64,000 bases of DNA, from NCBI GenBank assembly GCA_963666485.2, contig CAXXUO010000003.1, positions 320,001 through 384,000 of the forward strand, in the 5' to 3' direction. Each line of letters starts with the position of its first letter. The stretch's first letter is position 1. The DNA comes from Syntrophorhabdaceae bacterium (GTDB taxonomy: Bacteria; Desulfobacterota; Syntrophorhabdia; Syntrophorhabdales; Syntrophorhabdaceae). Position numbers and translations under genes: made by a program. The notes under the pieces are model-generated. The model was given only the letters and a program-made list of their open reading frames with translations, did not search any database and was not told the DNA's origin. This document shows positions 58,472-64,000 of this stretch, piece by piece.

Positions 58472-59501
58472 TTCATACGATCCCCCGAAGATCAAAACCT
58501 TTATCGAGGAGGGTTTTCGGGAAACCGGCATATCGATAAAGGGCCGGGTGCTTGTCAAGCCGAACCTCCTTTCGGGAAAGGCCCCCGAACGGGCAGTAAC
58601 GACCCATCCGTTATTTCTGTCGGCACTCATCGAGCTTTTGAAGGACAATTCATGCACTGTTTTCCTGGGGGACAGCCCGGGGTATGAATCCCTCGAACGC
58701 GTGTTGAAGATCGGGCAGTATACGGACATGCTGAGGCATCTGGGCGTCAAGGTCGTACCGTTCACAAAAGAGGTCCCGAAAAGGATCGACGGTGTATCTC
58801 CCTACCACGAGTTTCTCTTCGGTGAAGACCCCGGTCATTACGACCACGTGGTCAACGTTGCGAAGCTCAAAACGCACGGGATGATGGGAATTACCCTTGC
58901 CGTAAAGAACACCTTCGGCTTCGTGCGGGGCTTTGCCAAGGGACGGTGGCACTTGAGGGCCGGGGTTGACCGGTCGCTTTTTGCATCGATCCTCGTGGAT
59001 ATCCATCGTATCGCGGCACCGACCGTGAGCATCCTCGATGGAATACTCGCCATGTCGGGTAACGGGCCATCGAACGGGACGCCCGTCAACCTCGGGATCA
59101 GCGCAGTGGCGCGCGACGCCATAGCGCTTGACGACTTTATCGAACAGCATCTATGCCCCCGTTCAGACCATCCGGTGACCGACTGTGCCCGCACGAACGG
59201 CCTTCTCGGTCCGTATGAGGTCATCGATCTTGGACTGCCGCCGGCCCCCCATTTTCCTATGCCCGAATCGTGCGCCACCGACTGGAACATCCCTTCCCCC
59301 GTCAAGAGGATACTTCGCGGCATCATGGTCAGGAAACCGAAGGCAAACGCGAAAAATTGTCAGCTCTGCGGCATATGCACAACTGTCTGCCCTGCACATG
59401 CTTTGAGCATCCGGAACGATACCCTGCAATTCGATTATACCGCCTGCATCCGCTGCTACTGCTGCCAGGAAATGTGCCCGCATGATGCGATAAAGGTATA
59501 A
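58443..59501 (+). CDS. DUF362 protein with 2x[4Fe-4S] ferredoxin domain
   Basis: VLVKPN, TTHP, KLKTH, AVKN, GNGP; CQLCGIC..CP and CIRCYCCQEMCP. Confidence 0.9.
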   Translation: MEKIVAGPIDSYDPPKIKTFIEEGFRETGISIKGRVLVKPNLLSGKAPERAVTTHPLFLSALIELLKDNSCTVFLGDSPGYESLERVLKIGQYTDMLRHLGVKVVPFTKEVPKRIDGVSPYHEFLFGEDPGHYDHVVNVAKLKTHGMMGITLAVKNTFGFVRGFAKGRWHLRAGVDRSLFASILVDIHRIAAPTVSILDGILAMSGNGPSNGTPVNLGISAVARDAIALDDFIEQHLCPRSDHPVTDCARTNGLLGPYEVIDLGLPPAPHFPMPESCATDWNIPSPVKRILRGIMVRKPKANAKNCQLCGICTTVCPAHALSIRNDTLQFDYTACIRCYCCQEMCPHDAIKV

Positions 59502-59509
59502 AGACGGGA

Positions 59510-59589
59510 GATAGGCGATGGGCTATAGGCGATTAGGATAAGACGATCATCAGGCAGAGTTCACACCCATTGCCCATCGCCTATCGCCT
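59510..59589. repeat. Inverted heptamer arrays GGCGAT(G/A) / (C/T)ATCGCC
   Basis: ataggcgatgggctataggcgatt ... ccattgcccatcgcctatcgcct; the same family occurs at 9450-9481. Confidence 0.65.
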
Positions 59590-59590
59590 C

Positions 59591-59632
59591 ACATTAAAAA
59601 GGCAGGAGCCAAAGCCCCTGCCTTTTTAATGT
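59591..59632. terminator. Bidirectional terminator between convergent genes
   Basis: ACATTAAAAAGGCAGG..CCTGCCTTTTTAATGT. Confidence 0.85.
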
Positions 59633-59644
59633 GCCATGTTCCTT

Positions 59645-60145
59645 CTATTTTTTTGCCGCTTTGACCGGTATTTTCTTCGCTTCCTTCAGGGCCTTTTCGG
59701 TTTTCGGGATGCTTATTGTCAGGACGCCTTTTTTATAATGAGCCTTGGCGGCGTCAACGTTGACCTCGACTGGTAGCGGGACTGTCCTGCTGAAGAAACC
59801 GTAAACCCTCTCCATCCTGTGATAGCTGGCATTCTTCTCCTCTGCCTCATCCTTCTTCTCGCCGCGAATGGTAAGGGCATCGCGGGTGAGTGAGACCTCG
59901 ATATCCTTCTCGTCCATACCGGGCAGCTCAGCGGTGATCTTGATCTCTTTGCCGCTGTCGGCGACATCGATATTGGGGTTGAACATAGAGGCGGCGAGGC
60001 CGGACGGCTCGATGTCAAACCCGTGAAAGAAACTATCGAACATCCTGTCTATGTTGTTGCGAAGGGAAAGGAGCGGGTTTTCCCCGGAAACCCGCGCGAC
60101 TTCCCTGGCCCTCTTGGGGTGCGGCGTGATCTTGATTGTTGTCAT
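59645..60145 (-). CDS. Hsp20 small heat-shock protein
   Basis: AELPGM, ERVYGFFSR, YKKGVLTISIPK. Confidence 0.93.
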   Translation of the reverse strand: MTTIKITPHPKRAREVARVSGENPLLSLRNNIDRMFDSFFHGFDIEPSGLAASMFNPNIDVADSGKEIKITAELPGMDEKDIEVSLTRDALTIRGEKKDEAEEKNASYHRMERVYGFFSRTVPLPVEVNVDAAKAHYKKGVLTISIPKTEKALKEAKKIPVKAAKK

Positions 60146-60179
60146 GGTCGTACCTCCATACAAAGGTTATCTATGGGGT

Positions 60180-60584
60180 TCATCCCGCATTTACGGTTAT
60201 CTTTCTCATCTTCGGCGCGTCGTTCTTCGGCATTGTCAGGCGGAGAACACCGTCCTTTACGTTCGCCACGATCTTTTCCCGGTTGATCTCTCCGGATATC
60301 GTGAATATCCTCTGGTAGTCCCCTACCCCGTATTCAGCGTGGGTAAGCTTCATCTTGTCCGGCGCTTTCCAGTCGACCTTTCCGTAGATGGTCAGGACGT
60401 TGTCGTCGAGCGTGATATCGACCGAGTTCTCGTTGACGCCGGGCATGTCCGCGATGACAACGATCTTGTCCTTGCCCTCGATGATATCGACATCAGGGTT
60501 ATATATCTTTGCCGCCCGTGTTCTTTCAACGAGCTCGGTCTTCTCGGCCTCTTTCTTTTGCATTTCTTTGGATTTATCTGCCAT
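60180..60584 (-). CDS. Hsp20 small heat-shock protein
   Basis: PDVDI, ADMPGV, KDGVLRLTMPK. Confidence 0.92.
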   Translation of the reverse strand: MADKSKEMQKKEAEKTELVERTRAAKIYNPDVDIIEGKDKIVVIADMPGVNENSVDITLDDNVLTIYGKVDWKAPDKMKLTHAEYGVGDYQRIFTISGEINREKIVANVKDGVLRLTMPKNDAPKMRKITVNAG

Positions 60585-60594
60585 GTGGACCTCC

Positions 60595-61041
60595 TCAAGC
60601 GGATTTTATCGAGATCTTCTTCGGCTTTTCGGCCTCGGAGCGCGGCAGCCTGATCGACAGGATGCCATTCGAGAAACTCGCGCTTACCTTTGCCGCATCT
60701 ATAGTGAAGGGTAGTTCGATCGCCTTTGTGAACTGTCCGTACCAACGTTCGCGGCGGTGAAAGGAATTGCCGTTGTCGAGCTGTTCAGGTTCTCTCGCCC
60801 CTTTCAGGATCAGGCTCTTGCCGATCACGGAAATATCAATGGCACCCGCGTCTATGCCCGGGATCTCGGTGGTCACCACCGTCTCCTCCCCATCGGTCCA
60901 AATATTGACTGCCGGAAAATCGCTTGTCGACGGCGAGACAAATCTGGACAAGACCCGGTTCATCTCATTTTCGATCCGCTGGAACTCCGACCACGGATCG
61001 AGGCCCCTCCCAAACATGCCGAAACCATCTGTCCACAGCAT
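60595..61041 (-). CDS. Hsp20 small heat-shock protein
   Basis: FPAVNI, EIPGI, RRERWYGQF, NGILSIRLP. Confidence 0.93.
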   Translation of the reverse strand: MLWTDGFGMFGRGLDPWSEFQRIENEMNRVLSRFVSPSTSDFPAVNIWTDGEETVVTTEIPGIDAGAIDISVIGKSLILKGAREPEQLDNGNSFHRRERWYGQFTKAIELPFTIDAAKVSASFSNGILSIRLPRSEAEKPKKISIKSA

Positions 61042-61066
61042 ACCTTAAACCTCCTTGAGAAATGTT

Positions 61067-61114
61067 ATGTGATCATCGTGAAATAAATGTGATCATCCGT
61101 TCCGAATTTGTCAA
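61067..61114 (-). promoter_or_regulatory. hsp20 operon promoter with a tandem operator-like repeat
   Basis: Minus strand TTGACA-N17-CACATT; direct repeat ATGTGATCATC at 61067 and 61087. Confidence 0.5.
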
Positions 61115-61176
61115 GTGGTCAAATATGTTGTAACTTGATGAATTATTTGAATTAATTCCAGAAACGGTCTGCGCTG

Positions 61177-61422
61177 TCAGGTTTCGACAGGAATATAGTC
61201 CCGGCCGTCATACGTGTATATGCCGGCTGTCTGGACATCTCCAAGGAATCCTGCGACTTCTTCGAGATCCCCTTCCAGCGCTATAGACATCCCGCAGTCT
61301 GAACTGAGATTCCGCGGGACAGGGATCAATTCATTCGCCACGGAATGCCCCTTGAGGAGTTTTTCAGCACGAAGGACATCATGGATCGAATGAAAAAGGA
61401 GGAGTAATTTATGTGCCGGCAA
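61177..61422 (-). CDS. DUF3343 protein
   Basis: FHSIHDVLRAEK..IPVPRNLSSDCG. Confidence 0.88.
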   Translation of the reverse strand: MPAHKLLLLFHSIHDVLRAEKLLKGHSVANELIPVPRNLSSDCGMSIALEGDLEEVAGFLGDVQTAGIYTYDGRDYIPVET

Positions 61423-62548
61423 TTTCTCTTACCGCCTCGACGAACGCGTCTATGTCCGCCTCGCCTGTAAAATACCCCGGGGATGCCCGCAGGGCGCCTT
61501 CGGGAAACGTCCCGATAGCCTGGTGGGCCACGGGCGAGCAATGAAGCCCGATCCTGACGTACATGGACCTGCGGTTGAGCTCATACCCGGCATCCGAGGG
61601 GAGCCTGCCCTTTATGTTGAAGGCCACAACGGCCAGATATGCTCCCTGATCATCTCCCCGGTGGCCATAAACATCGACGCGGGGGACCCCTCTCAGGCCG
61701 CTCGCCAACCGCGTGCCGAGCGACTTTTTCTTTTCTTCGATCGTAGCCAGGCCTTCTTTTTCGATGAATGTAAGGCCTCCAAGCAACGACGCTATCCCCG
61801 GTGTATTGGGCGTACCGCACTCATATTTATCGGGCAGGAACGAGGGATGTTCTATGGATTCGGACCGGCTGCCCGTACCCCCGAACTTGAGCGGAACGAG
61901 GTCAATGCCGTCCCGTACATACACTGCCCCGACTCCCTGGACCGCAAAGAGCGATTTGTGGCATGAAAAACAGAGAATGTCCGCTCCGGCCTCTTCCATA
62001 TTGACCGGGATCGACCCTATGGTCTGGCAGGCATCGACGATGAGGCGCGTCCTGCCAATGACCTTCCTTATTTCGGACAGGGGCTGCACGGCGCCGGTAA
62101 CGTTGGACCCGTGATTAATGACCACCGCTTTTGTCTCTGCGGTAACAGTCCTGCCGAGCTGCGCAAGATCGACAAATCCCTCGGTAGAGCACGGCACAGA
62201 ATCGTACGTAATTCCCCTGGTCTGACGGAGGAATTCAAGGGGCCTCATGACAGAATTGTGTTCCATTGAGGTAGTTACGACATGATCGCCCGGTCCGAGA
62301 AGGCCGAGGAGCGCCATGTTCAGCGATTCTGTCCCGTTCTGGGTAAAGAGCAGGCGCTCTGAATTCTTCATCCCGATAAAAGACGTCAGCTTTTCACGCG
62401 TCTCGAATATAATGCGCGCGGCTTCGAGCGACAGGGTATGTCCGCTGCGCCCGGGGTTACCGCCCACGTGTGAGACAAATTTATTCAGGTGTTCTATCGT
62501 TTCGGGGGGCTTGGGAAAAGATGTTGCAGCATTGTCAAGATATATCAT
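61409..62548 (-). CDS. Class V aminotransferase, cysteine desulfurase/selenocysteine lyase-like
   Basis: YLDNAATS, EHNS, SCHK (PLP Lys), RIGLHCSP. Confidence 0.9.
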   Translation of the reverse strand: MIYLDNAATSFPKPPETIEHLNKFVSHVGGNPGRSGHTLSLEAARIIFETREKLTSFIGMKNSERLLFTQNGTESLNMALLGLLGPGDHVVTTSMEHNSVMRPLEFLRQTRGITYDSVPCSTEGFVDLAQLGRTVTAETKAVVINHGSNVTGAVQPLSEIRKVIGRTRLIVDACQTIGSIPVNMEEAGADILCFSCHKSLFAVQGVGAVYVRDGIDLVPLKFGGTGSRSESIEHPSFLPDKYECGTPNTPGIASLLGGLTFIEKEGLATIEEKKKSLGTRLASGLRGVPRVDVYGHRGDDQGAYLAVVAFNIKGRLPSDAGYELNRRSMYVRIGLHCSPVAHQAIGTFPEGALRASPGYFTGEADIDAFVEAVREIAGT

Positions 62549-62577
62549 GGTTGGTTTTGCCCCGTGTGCCTTGAGCT

Positions 62578-63156
62578 TTAAGGCCTGATCACATTGGTTG
62601 CTTCATTGAACGAGGTCATGATTTCAAACATATTGCTGACACGGCCGACCCCGATCCTGTCCTTGAGATGAAAGTAATCCAGGCACGTGCCGCATGCAAT
62701 GATCTCGATACCCAGGTCCTCGATATCTTTTAGAATGTTCAGATATTCGGAATCCAGAGCGACCAGCTTTACGCCGGAGTTGATAAAGATCAGTCTCCAC
62801 GGGCGGACCTCAAGGTCTTTGATCGTGTTGAGAAATGCCCGCATCAGGATTCGGCCCAACTCCTCGCTTCCCCGGCCCATGAACTCCCCATCGATATAGA
62901 CAAGCGACCTGTGTATCCCCTTTTCGGTGACGCGCACTGCGTCCTCATCCAGGCTGCCCTCTATCCTGTACGTGCCGTTATCCTCCACGACGGACGTGGA
63001 ATACCCTTTCGATGCGAGAAACCGGCGTACGTTTTCACTTGCGGCGGGATCATCGACAAGGACCTCGATCGCAGCGACCGCCTTGCTCTCGATAAGGTTC
63101 CTCGTTTCGATGACCGGCACGGGACAGGTCATACCCTTCAGGTCCAGTTTTTCCAT
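62578..63156 (-). CDS. yedF: Sulfurtransferase-like selenium metabolism protein (TusA + DsrE domains)
   Basis: LDLKGMTCPVPVIET, NSGVKL, ACGTCLDY, VSNM. Confidence 0.88.
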   Translation of the reverse strand: MEKLDLKGMTCPVPVIETRNLIESKAVAAIEVLVDDPAASENVRRFLASKGYSTSVVEDNGTYRIEGSLDEDAVRVTEKGIHRSLVYIDGEFMGRGSEELGRILMRAFLNTIKDLEVRPWRLIFINSGVKLVALDSEYLNILKDIEDLGIEIIACGTCLDYFHLKDRIGVGRVSNMFEIMTSFNEATNVIRP

Positions 63157-63254
63157 CAGTTTATTCTAATGGAAAAACCGGTCAAGGGCAAGTGAATATA
63201 TTGCATAGAATTAATTACAGTAATAGAAAACTTCTTTTATAGACCATCGACCTT

Positions 63255-64000
63255 TTACTTCGAGGTCTTCAAGAGGTCTGTCAGGTCCGCGCCCGGGATG
63301 TATTTCCGGTATATCCTCTCAAACGTCCCGTCTTTCTTAAGATCGTCGAGGATGGACTGCCATTTCCTGACGGTTTCTGCAGGCGTCCCGCGGGACATCG
63401 CAATGTAAAAATACGTATTGCTCACCGTAAAAACGGGTTCAATGTTATCCATGGTATACCCGGCGTTCCTGACGATCTCGGGAACGGTGATATCGGTGAA
63501 GATGGAAACCTGGGCGCTTCCGTCCATAAGCTGCCTTACATTAGCCGCGGGCAAAGGAGAACTCACGAGGTTCGTGAAGCCCCGGCCTTTGAGGTACTGT
63601 TCCGTAAACCAGTCTTTCGTCGTGGCTATCGCTTTGAGCTTCTTCGCGTCATCGAGAGTCGCCAGTTTGATGCCCGAACCTTTTTTGGCATAGAGGATGG
63701 CGCTGTTCTTCCCGACAGGTCCGACCCACTGGAACAACTCTTCCCGCTTCTGTGTCCGTTCGGTACTGAAAAGCACCACGTTGGGGTTCTTGAGGGCCGT
63801 ATTATAAGCCTCATCCCAGGGCACGAGCCGGATCGTGTCCGATACTTTTTGCCGCGCCATGATCTCCCGGACGATATCCGTGACGAAGCCGGACACTGTA
63901 CCGTCCTTCATGTATGTTACGGGAGGATATTCTTCCGTCAGTATCGTGAGCCGGGATGCGTCATCGGCCCCGGCCACTGAAGTCCCCGCGAAAATTACCA
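63255..64000 (-). CDS. ABC transporter family-3 substrate-binding protein (5' end beyond the window)
   Basis: TEEYPP, VPW, RTQKREELFQWVGP, LKKDGT; the frame is open to the window end. Confidence 0.85.
   Translation of the reverse strand, partial: VIFAGTSVAGADDASRLTILTEEYPPVTYMKDGTVSGFVTDIVREIMARQKVSDTIRLVPWDEAYNTALKNPNVVLFSTERTQKREELFQWVGPVGKNSAILYAKKGSGIKLATLDDAKKLKAIATTKDWFTEQYLKGRGFTNLVSSPLPAANVRQLMDGSAQVSIFTDITVPEIVRNAGYTMDNIEPVFTVSNTYFYIAMSRGTPAETVRKWQSILDDLKKDGTFERIYRKYIPGADLTDLLKTSK

Overview
This 64-kb window looks like the chromosome of an anaerobic Gram-negative bacterium, probably deltaproteobacterial (Desulfobacterota/Syntrophorhabdus-like); that assignment is inferred from gene content only. 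It holds about 60 CDS, three tRNAs (Thr-CGU, Val-CAC, initiator Met) and a cobalamin riboswitch. No integrase, transposase or CRISPR array was seen. Layout: 1-8.4 kb accessory and secreted proteins, including a subtilase autotransporter; 8.6-17.5 kb a riboswitch-controlled corrinoid salvage operon (btuB, asnB-like, DUF71, btuF, btuC, btuD, cobU, cobT, cobS); then purM, porDAB, rodZ, yebC, purH(N), purD, leuB, fis, pal, fbaA, glgX, ftsH, degP, a hybrid cyclase, a second autotransporter, glmS, glmU, tatC and a TatA/B subunit, rubrerythrin, argS, lepB, three Hsp20 genes and a selenium-metabolism trio (yedF, cysteine desulfurase-like, DUF3343). Best leads: (1) a hidden candidate selenoprotein at 1181-1477 with two in-frame UGAs (C-G-U-V-T-U) and a SECIS-like hairpin; (2) a tiny polyproline lipoprotein that shares its N-terminal module with Pal and sits directly upstream of an L,D-transpeptidase-like gene, possibly a Braun-lipoprotein-like covalent tether system; (3) two ATP-dependent amide ligases inside the B12 salvage operon; (4) a cyclase-TPR-degenerate HD-GYP hybrid; (5) a shared Cx15Cx8Cx20C domain in two unrelated proteins. 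All product calls come from motifs read by eye, with no database searches.
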